Source: Massalongia carnosa
Taxonomy: Eukaryota
Reading direction: 5' to 3'
NCBI GenBank assembly: GCA_965645245.1
Contig: OZ287087.1
Coordinates: forward strand, 1,364,001 to 1,428,000
Length of the DNA: 64,000 nt
Part shown: in pieces, positions 35,501-47,550 of the stretch
How positions within the stretch are numbered: the first letter of the stretch is position 1
Layout: each line of letters begins with the position of its first letter
Made by a program: the position numbers and the translations under genes
The notes under the pieces: generated by a model
Databases searched by the model: none
Told to the model about the DNA's origin: nothing
The model's input: only the letters and a program-made list of their open reading frames with translations

Positions 35501-37027
35501 GCCCTGACACGAGACCAATTCGCCCCCGAAGTCCTGGAAGCCCTTCGTAATAACGAGAGGCATCACAATCGAATCCAATTAGCCGAATGCGAAGATAGGG
35601 ACGGTATCTTGTATTTTCGAAACAAGAAATACGTACCTCGATCCGATCGTCTGAGGCTTCGTATCATTCAACTCGCTCACGATAGCGTCGCCGGCGGACA
35701 TCCGGGCCGTTCCAAATGCCATGAGTTGGTAAATCGATCCTACTGGTGGCCCAGCATGCATCAGTCCATCAAGCGATTTATTCGAAACTGCCACACTTGC
35801 AGAAGATCAAAACCATCCCGCCAGCGCTATCAGGGCTGGCTACGCCCACTCCCCCCCCCCGAGCGCAGATGGCGGGATATTTCCATGGATTATGTAGGCC
35901 CCCTGACCCCCAGCACCTTCATTGGAATCACTTATCGCTACATCTTGGTGGTTATAGATCGCCTGTCCAAGATGCGACATTTCATTCCTATCACGTCCAT
36001 GGAAGTTGAAGACGCCGCCGATGCGTTCTATCAGAATGTCTGGAAACTACATGGGCTTCCCGAAGCCATGGTTTCTGATCGTGGCCCCCAATTCGTCTCC
36101 GATTTCTGGCAGCTCATGTGCAAGAGGCTGAAAATCGACGCCAAGCTATCCACCGGATACCACCCGGAGACCGACGGGCAGACCGAGCGAGCCAACGCCA
36201 CCATGGAGCACTACCTAAGGGCTTATGTCAACTACATGCAGGATGACTGGGCACAATGGCTTCCTGGCGCCGAATTCGCCAGCAATAACACCGATTCATC
36301 TAGTATCCTGGCCTCCCCCTTCCTAGCCAACTTCGGGCAACATCCCCGCATGGGATTTGAACCGGAGGAACCCCTGCCGCAAGACCTAACCGCTCAGGGC
36401 AGAGCAAACCTAGTTGCAGCCAATCAGTTCGTGAATAAGATGCAGGATATCGACACTCATCTTCGAGACGAAATGCTGATGGCCCAAGCTTCGTACGAAG
36501 CAACTGCAAATGCTAACCGACGTCCCTGCCCCCGCTATTTCGTTGGCGATATGGTGTGGCTAAGCACCAGAAATATCCAAACCGCTCGCCCCACAGTCAA
36601 GCTGGATGACCGAAATATCGGCCCCTACCGCGTCAGCAAGGTGTTTTCCAACCCCTTGATCGTACAGCTGGAGCTTCCCGATACCGTCAAAATCCATCCC
36701 GTCTTTCACGTCAATCTGTTGCAGCATGATGCCAATGACCCCCTCCCCGGGCAGAGACCGGAGCCTAGAGACCCCGTCATCGCCGAAGATGGCCAACGAG
36801 AATGGTATGTCAATAGGGTATTGGATTCCAAGCTCGACCGACGGTTTCAACCCCCGCTTCTGAAATACCTAGTGGATTGGGAAGGGCATCCTTCCACCTG
36901 GGAGCCTTTCAACTATCTCATCAATTGTCAGCAAGTCATAGACGAATACCACCAAGCCTATCCCAATGCGGCCGGCCCTCATCTAAACCCCTGTCAAATT
37001 CCCCGTTGCCAATGCCACGAGGCATAG
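32570..37027 (+). CDS. pol: Gypsy-2 pol (PR-RT-RH-IN-chromodomain), entered by -1 frameshift
   Basis: LIDCGAS, YLDD, ETDASD, GGHPG, DGQTER, WYVNRVLDS..YLVDWEG..TWEP motifs. Confidence 0.96.
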   Translation, partial: GKSLVSAHRRVQGLPPLLISSCLMASFSPSLRSNTRFSAASALELFESDKTFRDSHMVMTGILRLSRSRIRTYNLIDCGASGFSFIDEKFAHTNQIPLHLLKYPRRLEGFDGQRALSGNITHVAEITMDLEGHVEKLFLYVTGLKNYPIILGHPWLRRHNAIADFGHNTLTFASPYCLTHCCPHPVKLQAVEEEFLTPAESRKIWDEEILEDALGKVINQDTSIRTSITSLEEGEEIPTIKNSIPDNPVKIEESIPLFKTAPRDFTLIKPEINEPEPQPQNPTDEPSRIENAIQQGLPPPKIRYRSPSKLRTSTQRRAHQAARKTTPQMNVCEIGAISFNRLTRKKNHDSFALSMKEIDLFLGKTNPEPLVMKASPSSAPDLIEKAKKPSPAYQPLPSRASPHEKEIHLALFKMNKALTLATAVTREELDAYRESKNVDPAPLLPKQYHEFLDVFSKKKSEDLPPRRPYDHAINLKEGTQAPSQALYGMSRTEIEELRRYLDENLAKGFIRASRSHAASPVMFVKKPGGGLRFCVDYRALNAITIKDRYPLPLIAETLHQLIKAKIFTKIDIIAAFNMLRIREGDEELTAFRTRFGLFESLVLPFGLCNGPASFQHFINDTLHEYLADFCTAYLDDILIYSDNELEHEVHVKKILSRLRDAGLQADITKCKFHVTEIAYLGMIVTTEGIKMDPAKVETVVNWPNLVNVKDVQSFLGFANFYRRFVYGFSDIAGPLTNLTKKETEFLWTDKCQLAFEMLKKAFTSDVILRHFDPDRPIIVETDASDYVSGGILSQYDDDGILHPVAYFSKKHNPAECNYEIYDKELMAIVRCFEEWRPELEGSAFPISVISDHKNLEYFASTKQLSRRQARWSEFLSRFDFKIVYRPGKAGGKPDALTRRSGDLPKEGDDTDERRKFQHQTVLKTENLDEEVAKSYLRSILLAPAFLDDADIEEAEPQLDEDLIDPDEDISTELLWEQALTRDQFAPEVLEALRNNERHHNRIQLAECEDRDGILYFRNKKYVPRSDRLRLRIIQLAHDSVAGGHPGRSKCHELVNRSYWWPSMHQSIKRFIRNCHTCRRSKPSRQRYQGWLRPLPPPERRWRDISMDYVGPLTPSTFIGITYRYILVVIDRLSKMRHFIPITSMEVEDAADAFYQNVWKLHGLPEAMVSDRGPQFVSDFWQLMCKRLKIDAKLSTGYHPETDGQTERANATMEHYLRAYVNYMQDDWAQWLPGAEFASNNTDSSSILASPFLANFGQHPRMGFEPEEPLPQDLTAQGRANLVAANQFVNKMQDIDTHLRDEMLMAQASYEATANANRRPCPRYFVGDMVWLSTRNIQTARPTVKLDDRNIGPYRVSKVFSNPLIVQLELPDTVKIHPVFHVNLLQHDANDPLPGQRPEPRDPVIAEDGQREWYVNRVLDSKLDRRFQPPLLKYLVDWEGHPSTWEPFNYLINCQQVIDEYHQAYPNAAGPHLNPCQIPRCQCHEA

Positions 37028-38427
37028 ATAAGATGGCATCGCAGGAGCTCTGCCTTGAAGGGGGAGCTACTGTCATGAAATGCCTCCGACCTCACCACGT
37101 GCCTCTATCACGTGCCTTGATCTGATGACTACTCACGGACGTCGTGCCATGCCTTCGGGACCCTCATATCATTCTTCGAATTCGCCGATTACTGATCATT
37201 AATCAGCCTCGCATTGACGATTTATTCCCGTCTTTCGACTATTATCATGTCTAATAGCTTCGCATTGATGTTTGACATCTCCCGTCTTCTCGCTGACCCC
37301 ATCGTGCTTATTGCCGCTATAATGCCCCTCATTCATCATCGCACTGACTAGACATCATTCGCCGCCACCCTAGAAAGATGAATATGGGAGGACAAAGATA
37401 TAAGAAAGAAGTCGAATCATGGAAGTTCTGATTCTTTGTCGAACGTCTTGAATAGCCAACCTAGCCTAGCCTAGATTCATAGCTATAGACTCAATCAATA
37501 AGCTTGACCATCAACCCACCTTGCCTTTGCCCTTGCCCTCGACCTGATTTCGTGACATATGTAATAATAAAGGTATGTGTAACCGTGATTTTGAGGATGA
37601 ATTATTGCTAGGCAGCAATCTTTTTGTAATGGGTCAGCGTGAGAGGTGGAAGATAGCTACAACGTGCTAGTCTCCGAGAGTATACGTGATCCAAAGAACT
37701 TACTGATGTGGAAGTGCTTAGACCAAGAGATCTCGTCCGAGACCCAAACGTAGGTTGTTTACTGTGCTGGTAGGAATTGGATATTCAACAACAATCCAGG
37801 GCATTGACAAAAATATCCACCTCCACATGGGGCGCCACTTTTCTAAAGGCACGCCAGGTTTACACCGCCGTAGTCCGGCCGGCCATGACGTACGGCTCTA
37901 CTATTTGGCACATATCAAAAGAAATTCAAAAATCAAAAGTTATCTCAAACAAACATCCCCGCTAGACAAACCCGACGATAAGAGCCACAAGTAAGCGTAC
38001 AAACCACGGTCGAGCATCTGATCTCCTCCCCAAAGCATCATTACAGTTATCATGATAAGAAGCAGAGTTGCATACCCTACAATGTTAACAAAACAAGGCC
38101 TTCTAAACGCAAAGGAGAATAATTGACTGAAAGGTATGAAAATAAAAAGAAAAAAAAGCGACAAGGTGCTCATACAATTTGGGAATGCGGAGGAGGTCAT
38201 CCAATTAAACCTTGCTGTAAAATTCAGAGCTATTGGGAGGCATTATATCTGAATTGAAACGTGTGAATGAAATTCATGTAAATAGTAGTTGATTGGGCGT
38301 TCTGTCAAAAAGGGTCAAATAGGGTTAGCAAGTACTTGATCTGATTGGTGGGAAATTAAGGTTTCGGGAGCTCTAAACTATCTATAGTTAGTGGGGGAGG
38401 GTGATGCCTTCGTGCCAGCGAGAGGGG

Positions 38428-38570
38428 TATACTCTACTGCACTAGTTCCTATATGGTATAGTAGTCATGGAACCTTCTTATAGCTACGTGAACGAAATCG
38501 AAAGTGCCTACGTGTTCCACATACGATTACCCTAGGCGGTGCCGAGGTCGTGCCGAGTAGAATCGTGACA
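38428..38570. mobile_element. Truncated LTR related to 30201-30456
   Basis: Shares the end GTCGTGCCGAGTAGAATCGTGACA and upstream similarity. Confidence 0.7.
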
Positions 38571-38669
38571 ATTAGGAGATCTCGCTTAATCGCTGAAACT
38601 TTTGTACAGGGGGTATAAATTGACAGAGGATAAAGATTGGCGACTTTTGCATAATAGATCGTAAACTCC

Positions 38670-38896
38670 TGTTGAATATCCAACTCCTATCAGTACAATG
38701 AACATAGCATCTAGGAAACCGTAGAAGCCGCATTAGGCCTAGTCCCAAGATAAGATAAAGATTACCTCGCTTAACAGAAGGTGACCAGTAATAGGATAAA
38801 GATTACTGAACAGCACTCTTCATCCTTAACATTATAGTTATACATTCACTTAATATTACATAGTCATATAGCCATAGTCATATACCTATTTCAATA
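38670..38896. mobile_element. Solo LTR related to, and inverted relative to, the 30838/37790 LTR
   Basis: TGTTGAATATCCAA... and ...TATAGCCATAGTCATATAC match the reverse complement of that LTR; TSD ACTCC/ACTAC. Confidence 0.78.
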
Positions 38897-38960
38897 ACTA
38901 CCCTAATTTAATTAAAAGATAGAATCTGAACATACTACGGAGCTAAGGTTATCGTGTGTA

Positions 38961-40284
38961 CAGTCGGGTCTAGGAAGTGACCGAACAGCGCACGTTCCAC
39001 CCCCATTTTACCCCTCACCCCTAATGATGAAAATCACCCTAATCAATCAATTTTCAACTTGATGCTTTGAAACCTTCATGTTTCGTCAAATACTGTATGC
39101 TGAAGAAGATTAAATCATCAGTATTTAATAGAACACCCTTTAGCCTTAATAAGAAAGCGAATACACTCAGGCATGCTCTCAATGCACCGTCTGAAGTCCT
39201 CCTCAGTCAACAGCTCCCATTCCTCCCGAATAGCCTGCTCCATGGCCTCAATTGTATGGATTTGGTGACGACGGGCACTGACCTGTATTTGATAATACGC
39301 CAGAGATTCTCAATGGGATTCAAATCGGGTGACTGAGGTGGCCAATCCATGCGTAAAAGCCCGTTTCGTCTCCCCCAATCAATCACCTTTTTCGAAGTAT
39401 GATAGCTGGCTCCGTCATCTATCCAGATCGTCAAACCTCGCCTAGTCAAGCATACTTCATAAAACGAGAGCCCTAAAGGCCGTAGCACCTCGTCAATGTA
39501 GATATCTGAATTCATTCGTCTCCCCTTATTCAAAACGAGCATAGGGCCTTTTTCACCAAATCGTATGCTAGCCCAGATGCCCACAGTGCTTCGTCCGCTT
39601 TTGAATGTAGGCTTCAGATATCTAGACTCCATGGCCGTGCCTTTTCGTCTCGTGACGTAGCACGAGCGAGTATCTAAACCAGTTTCAAACGTAGCTTCAT
39701 CTGTCCATATAACTCGGCCCCAATCTCCTACCGTCCAATGCTTATGCTCCTTGCCCCATTTTAGCCTGATTGCTTTGTGACGTGCTGATAGAAACGGCTT
39801 TTTTCTAGCCCTGAAACGGAAATAGCCACCGAGCTTCAGATATTTTCGTACGGTGACGCGAGAGAGCTTTTGACCCGATTTGGAAGGGGTAGTCAGGGCC
39901 AGCAAATTATCGTGTGGATTTTTCTCAACATGGCGAATCAATGCCCGTCTGGCACGGACATTTAGCTTGGTTGGCCGACCAGTACGTTTTTTGGGAACGG
40001 AAGAGGCGTCGGCTTGTCTCTTAGCTCTATGAACTATGGTGACCACGGTGGAACGGGCCAGCCGAACTTGACGGGCTATTTCAGCATAGAAATAGTGGAC
40101 TTCATGAAGAGCTACAACGACAGCAATGGTTTTAGACGAATGTTCACGTCTGGCCGTCTTGGGTTTGGAAGGCATTTCGTTGATCAGATGAAAATTGATG
40201 GAGAAAGGGGAGGGTGAAGTAAGGGGGGAATTTAGATGAGGGGAAATTAAGCGAAGTGTTTGCTGACTTCCTAGACCCGATTTG
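38961..40284 (-). mobile_element. Tc1-like (DD34E) transposon Tc1-A; transposase 40175-39118 with a late frameshift
   Basis: TIRs CAGTCGGGTCTAGGAAGT; TA flanks; WTDEATF, DDGASYH, SPDLNPIENLW motifs. Confidence 0.92.
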
Positions 40285-40489
40285 TACAAATCATGTCAAC
40301 TCGTTATATGAACTATTGATTTGTAATAATGATTGAAAATAGTTGGTAACAATATATCTCAATTCTTTCCCAGTTTACATCTCCTTACATGACTTTTCAT
40401 TCATACTTTCGTGTCATGATAACAATCTTTAATAACTCAACTTTGTAGACCTAGCCAATTTTCTTGTCCTTGTATCCGCCCATAAAAAA

Positions 40490-41053
40490 TCAGAGGGCGG
40501 CGTGGTTCTGAACACGAATTCTACGGTTGCGACTATAGACCTGCTTCACCTCGGTGTCTAGCACGCATTCGCAATCGGTGTTATCTTTTGCGTCGACTAG
40601 GCACTTGATGATGAAGCCTTCGTCACAGTATTCGTCGTTGTCATCATCTCCAGCTATAGCGAAATTATTGATGAGTAGAAGTTTATGCAAAGGTTAGATG
40701 ATGATAACATGAGAGACTCACTCATATGTGGCGTCTTCATCACTGCGTTTGGAGGGCAACAATACGCCTTGAAGCCAGTCGCGCAGCATTTTCCATCTCC
40801 GCATTGCGACCTACCAGACTCTTTAAACCCGTTTTAGCAATTGCCGATGCAGATAGGTGCCGTTCCTGCCCAGTAGCAGTAGGCTGTAGTGCTGATATCC
40901 GCAGGTGTGGTAACGTGGACGTCTGAGAAGTGTTGATGGAGTCATTAGTCACTATAAATGAGCAACTCGAAAATGCTAGAATGACATACCTATAGTTGAA
41001 GCGGCGGCAAGGGCTGCGAGAAGTAAAGGGAGCTGGCATTGTAGAAAGTGCAT
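40490..41053 (-). pseudogene. Small secreted Cys-rich protein, copy 1, premature TAA at 40836-34 (exons 41053-40990, 40922-40722, 40653-40490)
   Basis: Exon lengths (64/201/164) match copy 2; introns GTATGT..CTAAT..CAG and GTGAGT..CTAAC..TAG. Confidence 0.85.
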
Positions 41054-41764
41054 GATTGATAGTGTTGATTGGGACTTGGTAGTTTTTTCTAAAGATAATA
41101 AGAGCTTGATTATTTGTTATTCTGGAAGCCGATACTGTTGAACACCCACTATCGCAGGGTAGTCTACCTGTATTATATCGCTGAGAAATGATGAGAAGAC
41201 TCGAGTTGAAAGCGTCACAAAAGTATACTGTAATGCAGATACCTCTGCTCATTCCTCCGTGTCGCGGATATGAAGACGGAAACTCCAGAACGACGTACAT
41301 CAATCGATTCTCGTACACCGCATATCTTCATCGAAAGGTGTCCATTATCAGCTGCAAAAAGTCTATTCATGTAAGTCGGGTATAGCAATTGCTTTATCCA
41401 CTACCTACCCCCGAACCCATCCGAAAGAAGGGGGTATCAAGATGACATCAAGCATGTTCTTGTACTGATGATGCTTTCGCGTCAAAGTTCTTTCGAGCAA
41501 TAAGATGTAAATACTCGTTGTCTCAATATCTCTGGTTATGCTAGAGATAACACGGATTACATCCGGTTGCCGATCATTTATAAGGTTGCGGATGTATTCC
41601 GTGTATTATGTGCGCACTCCTCAAAAATACATGATACATAAGCCGAATGCTCTATGCAACAGACTACATGTGAATTCTTTCTCCTCCAATAGTGCCTTAA
41701 ATTTTCAACCTACATATGTGAATAAAATCCCAGGTTGTGTTATTTGTGTCATGGAGTGCTAAGG

Positions 41765-42004
41765 TGTCAAACCTGAATGCGGTCGATTCTCATCGCCGAT
41801 CCTCGACCCCCTGTCGCGGCTGATGCCGCTAAGACTACGCCATTTCTTTCCCACCTTTACCCCTCAATTTGCCCGGGTTGATATCGTTGCCGCCATGACC
41901 CCTTTTCCCTTCTATATAGGTAGCTAGATGTGTGCATTTCCCATATACAGAATACAGTCTTTTCATCCTTCCTGAATCCATGTTATTGATCAGAAAGGTT
42001 GACA
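41765..42004. mobile_element. Solo LTR (240 bp) upstream of gene copy 1
   Basis: TGTCAA...TTGACA; TSD TAAGG/CAAGG; empty site GACAAGGTCCG in the paralog near 50635. Confidence 0.9.
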
Positions 42005-43785
42005 CAAGGTCCGACCCTCAACGGAAATCTAATTGTTGCTTATTATGTTAGAATATACTAATCATACATCTGACATTGCGAAAATGCATGTTTAAATCAT
42101 GGTAAAGTCAACATGACATTTAGAACAAGCTATCTTCGAATCGTCGCGTCTTTTAGTTCTCTCTCGTTTTTTTATCCATCGCCAAACGTCTTGTCTGTTT
42201 TAATAGCAATGGAAATGCAACATCGATATGACCGCTGGTATTTCTAGTCATGACATCAACTGTGTATGTGGAGTTTCGACAAAGACCTCAGCTTAGATCT
42301 TATATTTGACTTTTTGACTTTCTTCCCCGCTCGCAAAACGCATCACCCTGCCGCCGGCATTACAAAATATAATCGGGTGTTTGTTGTCATGCCGTTGATT
42401 ATGTAGTGTGAATTTTTGACCAAGACCTCAGCATAGATCCTGTTTCTTCCTGTTAAAACGGGCAACCGATACCAGGTACCGAAACTAGCTGACAAAGCAA
42501 TTTGTATGGAGTCAGAAATCGCATCGGGAGAAACAAACGATGAGATGGGAATGGGGCTTCTGGAATGGCTAGTGGACGGGCATAACTAGGAGCAGTTTTA
42601 CCCTACGTACTGGTAGAAAGTCAACCATTTCTCCCTGTCTTTTGTGCACTTGTATAGCTCGTTTGTCAAACTAGTTATATCACCTGTCCAGTGCTACCAT
42701 TCCGCCTATTGCAGTCACATTTCCAACGTGTTAGATATCGAACTTCCATTAGCATAAGGAAAACTTGCAAGTTCAATAAACAAAATTACTTAAAATTATC
42801 ATAAATTGAAATAACACATGCGAAAATCTTCAGATGGGGGGGCAAGAGAATCCAACGGATATGTAGCAACAGAAGGCAGTAGATCTAGTCACTCTATCCA
42901 CTGTTTTCGCGACAGACCTTTCAGGTCACATGGCCCACAACGGGTTATCCTTCTTTTCACACGGCTCAGTCTCCTCTTTCCTTGGTGGGTCTACGCGCCT
43001 GCGCTGCCTCGACCTCGCATCAGACGTTTTGTCAATCGCGCTCGCATTCATGGGTGGCCCTTAATCTCCTCATCCCTCAATCTCCTCGGCCTCCCAACTC
43101 TGATCCTAGGCTTGAGGAACTAGAGGATCGTGCCAATTTAGCCGTTGCGCTATCTCTCCGTTCTCCCGCTGCAGGTCTGCATGAATGGAGATGGATCCAT
43201 TTGGAAGCAAGCTAGAAGCTCGTAGACCGTCATATCTGCCTCTGCCTCCTCCGTCGAGCAATGTTCCACGAATTCTCACCTGATCTTCAAGTTTGCTACG
43301 GCATTGTTTGAAAGCTTTGGCATACAGGAAGGATGGCATCGCCGCCAAAGCTTGGGGTTTCCACAAGTCTGCATGGCTGTGTTAAAACGAATCGCACTTT
43401 GGGGATTGAAAGGAATGACAGTTATGTCTCTAGGAGAGAGGACCCCTGAAATGTTGATTTGGACACAATCTCTATATCAACACTGCTCATAGGAATATAA
43501 CTGAACAAGAACAGGACTAGGGAAACGTTGCTCCTAGAAGCCTCGGCCTCCCAGCCTTGCCCTGTGTATGAGAATACTTCAATTGTAGCATATGTTCGCC
43601 AGATCCGTAAGATAGACTGATAAAGCGTTAACTAGAGAAAGTCATCGCTTTGAATAAAGAAAATAATATCGAGAGAGTCGAGAAAACGGATGTGATTCGA
43701 TCAAATAATATCAAAGATTGTCGCATTCGTTATTATAAAGATATTATATCTGATGACTATAGATGATGTCATAAGTTTATAAATA

Positions 43786-44122
43786 GAGTACGGATACGTG
43801 GACACCCCTTTGGTTACCTGGACACCCGCCAGTGATACATGGACACCCCCTTCCTAGAATAGGTAAGAATCAAGGGTTCAGCCCCCTCACTTACCCACTT
43901 CGGGGTAAGCTCCCGAGGGTGCACCTCGGGAATTTTTTTTCAACCGTAAGCACCAACATTTTGGCACTTCGTAAACATCAACATCACCAACATTTTGACA
44001 CTTAATCATATCTGCACCACCTCCTGACCCCCCTCCTCCTGACGGACTTGCACCCCTCGAAGATGAACCAGCTGTTAGATGAGACAGCCATCCTATGTGC
44101 CGTGCCAGACGGCAACATAACC
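43786..44122 (+). mobile_element. Left-end remnant of a MULE related to MULE-1
   Basis: GAGTACGGATACGTGGACACC resembles the MULE-1 TIR start; three TGGACACCC repeats; no partner TIR. Confidence 0.5.
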
Positions 44123-47100
44123 GAGATGCTTAGGGACAGTCCCCCCCCGACCGTCCCCCCCCCCCCTGTGTAAATCTTTGCTAGTAAACAGCCATTTCAT
44201 TTCACTGCTTATCCAGGGTTGCGTACAAGCTAGTACTGCAACTGCCAACAGCACATTAAACTCTTCTCGGTTTAAATCGTATGACGTGTTGTTATTGCTA
44301 CTAATAATTACCCTACTCGGTCTGATAAAGCATACCCTCACCCTCACCCTCATATACCATTTGCCCTTGCCCTTGTCCTAACCCTTTGCCCTCCCTAAAT
44401 CTCCCCTTCCACTTATGCTATACCTCATATTATATATTTTACTACTCATCGCGATGGAGTTCGATCCCACTTCTTTGGATGCACGGAAGCAACATGCCAT
44501 TGCACTTCTACCCCCACCTCACCTCCTCCCTCCGCAAGAGAATGAGTTATTTTCGTCTTGGGAGGAGGCAAAGACTCGTCTTCAAGACTATGCCTTCACC
44601 CAAGGCTTCGCGTTGGTCACAGAAATTCACGATAAGAAAAACCATTTAATCGTATTAGACTGCACACGCCACCACAAAAGAGTTAGAAACACTAGAAAAG
44701 TAGAGGAGGAAGACCGGGTGCGAGCCAATACCAAAGTTTCGTTCAATGAGTGCCCTTATCGCCTCCGTCTCAAAAAAAAACAAAGACAATGCATGGAGAC
44801 TAATAGTCACTGACTGCGAGCACAATCATGAGATGGCCACTGATCCCTTTGCATCAGAGAACATCATAGTAGGGACCCTGATCGAACATGCCCTAGATCA
44901 AGCGAAGAGTCTCCGTGCATCGTCAACCCAATATGGCCAAGCAGCGAGAATATTAGGAATCCAAGGACTCCGTCTGTCGAGGAGCGATTATTATAATCTC
45001 GCTCATTCGGAGGGAGCTCACACGCCTGAAGAAGAGCTTCTTTTTGCTTTGGGCTCGTTGAAAGACAGGGGCTTTCATGTATGGTGTAAGGAAAAATAGA
45101 TTGTTAAGAATAATGTGCGTGAGAGACGGGTGATAGAACAAATTTTTTTTTGCAATGCAGAGCAAATTAGGCGGGCTCGACGTTTCGTGGGTGGGTTTTT
45201 ATTAGAAACGGATGCAACGTTGAATACTAATAAATTGAACTTGCCTTTATCCGTTTTGGTTGGAATCACTAATACCGACCTTTCGTTTCCCGTCGCTTAC
45301 TGCTATATAACTTCCGAATCAGCCGAATTTTTCACTTTTATTTTCGAATGTATGAAAGAGTTGATTTTTCATGATGATTGCCCCGGGCCTGGGGTGATTC
45401 TCGGGGATTTTGCAGCTGGGTTGACTGTAGCCATGCAAAGAAAAGCTAAAGCTCTGGCAATTGATCTTGATGCTGCATTGACTATTGCAAGAGAGGTCGC
45501 CGAAAATCTAAACCAATCAACGATGAAAGCGGGCGAGGAGAGATGCGTTTTGCAGCTGTGCACGTAGCATGCGGCCGAGGCAATAAAAAAACGACTGATC
45601 AAGGCATGAAAATAGCCCCAAGAAGTGAGCAAAAAGCTGGAGACTCTGATTTGGGATTATATAAAATCCCTCACTATGGATGAGTTGGATGAGAGACGAA
45701 GAAAGTTGTTGAATGAACTTCATCCCGCAGAAAAGGTTAGTAGTGATATATCAAATTAAATTTCAAGCGAATTAGGGCTACTGCTAACGCTACCTCTTTC
45801 GCAGGATTATCTCATGAATTTCTATCAACGTCAAGAAATTCAATTCGTGCATGCATATACTACTAAACTCCCTAATTTAGGCGCACACAGCACACAGCGT
45901 TCAGAAGGTCTACATTCATTGGTTAAAAATGTGACCAATAGAAATACTCCTATAAGACAATCGGTGCAGAAAATATGTGATGAGGTGCGGAATAAACAAT
46001 TAGATCGGGAGATTTGGTGCAATCAACAGCGAATACGCAATCCTAGATTGATCGATAGAAATGCTTTTACGTTACTCATTGGGAAAATTACGCATCATGC
46101 CATTGGCCTCGTTTCAAGAGAACTCGATGCCGCCAAATCATTAGCTGAACGAATCCTTTCTATTGTCACTGATGGTGGAAGCTGTCTTTATGATTGTGAG
46201 TTGCCTTTAAGGTACGGTCTCCCATGCAAATGCTGATTGTATAAATGCATCATCGACTCGGTCCCTATTCCCATTTCCCTCATCCACCCCCGCTGGTTTT
46301 TTGATGGCCCACCTTATGCGGTCTCTTGGCAAATGACCTTCGATTTCGCTCGCGGCTCGGAGCCCGAGGTCGAAAAGATCGTCGATGAGGTCGAAGGGAC
46401 GGGAGAGATTGAGGCGGATAAGGCTGAGGTCGAGCTCGAAGAAGGCGTGTTGAGTGCAGATAGATTTCGCCGCGGGGGCCTTGATTTGCTACATTCTGTG
46501 GCATATCAATCTATTGACCTGCATCAATCAATAGAAGATTCTCATCGAAGGGAGGAGTACGCTCGCGAGCATGCTCACATCGTTGAAAAGTTCAATAAGA
46601 AATGGCAAAAGAAGGAGCTGGTAAGACCTCTCATCCCCACCACATTCCCCGACGAAATTCGGCCCAAAGAAAACCTCATGTATAAGAAAGGAGGGAGTCG
46701 TCGACGTGCCTACACTGGTCGCGAGGCAGCTGAGGCTAGAGAAACTGAACAGCGACGTACTAGGCGAAAGGACTCTATTGAACATGGGAGGAGGCTTAGA
46801 TATAATAGATTGCGTGCTGGGGGCGACGATGAGGTTGAAGGTCAAACAGAAGGTAAAATTCACGATGTTGCAAAGTTATTGCGCTCGGGTCGGCTAATAT
46901 TGGGTACAATAGGTTTAGGAGAAAACTTAGTTATGGAGAGAATCGAAAAGGCGTCTATCGTCTCCGACGACGATGACGAGGTGCAGTATATAAGCACTCA
47001 GCCCATTCTCGGTCGTTCTATGGATCCTATGCTTCCTTCGGATGACGAAAATGATATTATTCTTACATCAGAAGCCTCGTCGGATTCGCTCGAAGATATT

Positions 47101-47550
47101 GAGTCAAAAAGCCCTACCTCAGGCAGCGCCGGCTCCACCTCTTTATAGCCATAGCCAAAACGTGCGCGCCAGTCAAATTCTCCCTATTTCCTCTGCAACA
47201 ACGCGAAGGTCTCGGGGTGTGGCGAAGTAATCAAAGGCTCAGTTGGAGTTGGAATCTCAGCAAAGAGTCGAGAAATCAGTCAAACAGGCTAGGGCTCAAG
47301 CGAGAAAGGTGGCTAAAACCATGAAGCCTAGAAAAGATGATATATCGCAATTGGCTGACGAGTTTTTGGAGTTGAAGTCATCGCAATCGGTAGATTTGTA
47401 GGTGTGGAATACACTTAGTCAGTAACAGCAACATTATTAATACGTAGTATAACTGCTAGCTTGTACGCACCCTGGATAAGTAGTAAAATGGCTGTTTACT
47501 AGTAAAGATTTACACAGGGGAAGGGGGGGGGGACTGTCCCTAAGCATCTC
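44123..47550 (+). mobile_element. MULE-2 with degenerate transposase (~44454-47400)
   Basis: TIRs GAGATGCTTAGGGACAGTCCCCCCC...; ETDATLNTN, LGDFA, LQLCT*H, STQRSEG, YGLPCKC motifs; many stops and frameshifts; no TSD. Confidence 0.9.

Larger units (their letters stand above)
30877..37557 (+). mobile_element. Ty3/Gypsy chromovirus Gypsy-2, apparently intact
   Basis: 487-bp LTRs 30877-31363 and 37071-37557, no differences seen; TSD TATGT; PPT GAAGGGGGAG; open gag and pol. Confidence 0.97.
30838..37790. mobile_element. Solo LTR (~267 bp: 30838-30876 + 37563-37790) split by Gypsy-2
   Basis: TGTTGAA...TTCAACA; TSD ACAAT 30833-37 and 37791-95. Confidence 0.87.
29820..37965 (+). pseudogene. LINE-B RT relic related to LINE-A, in pieces (29820-29945, 30117-30200, 30457-30837, 37791-37965)
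   Basis: Pieces colinear with LINE-A ORF2: HRRLIHNLRKRKIPKWITDWV, PQSSPISPIL|YLFYNADLL, KYELIHLS, LTKISTSTWGATF. Confidence 0.88.
40285..42726. repeat. Segmental duplication, copy 1 (direct paralog of 47734-51352)
   Basis: Colinear diverged match from TACAAATCATGTCAACTCG to GCAGTCACATTTCCAA. Confidence 0.92.

Noticed and set aside
40740..41318. 192-aa ORF (and 48401-48769) as a gene
   Set aside because: Frame not conserved between duplicates; the spliced Cys-rich model explains the conservation better.
42727..43785. Host gene between duplicate copy 1 and the MULE remnant
   Set aside because: Only short stop-ridden frames with no recognisable motif.
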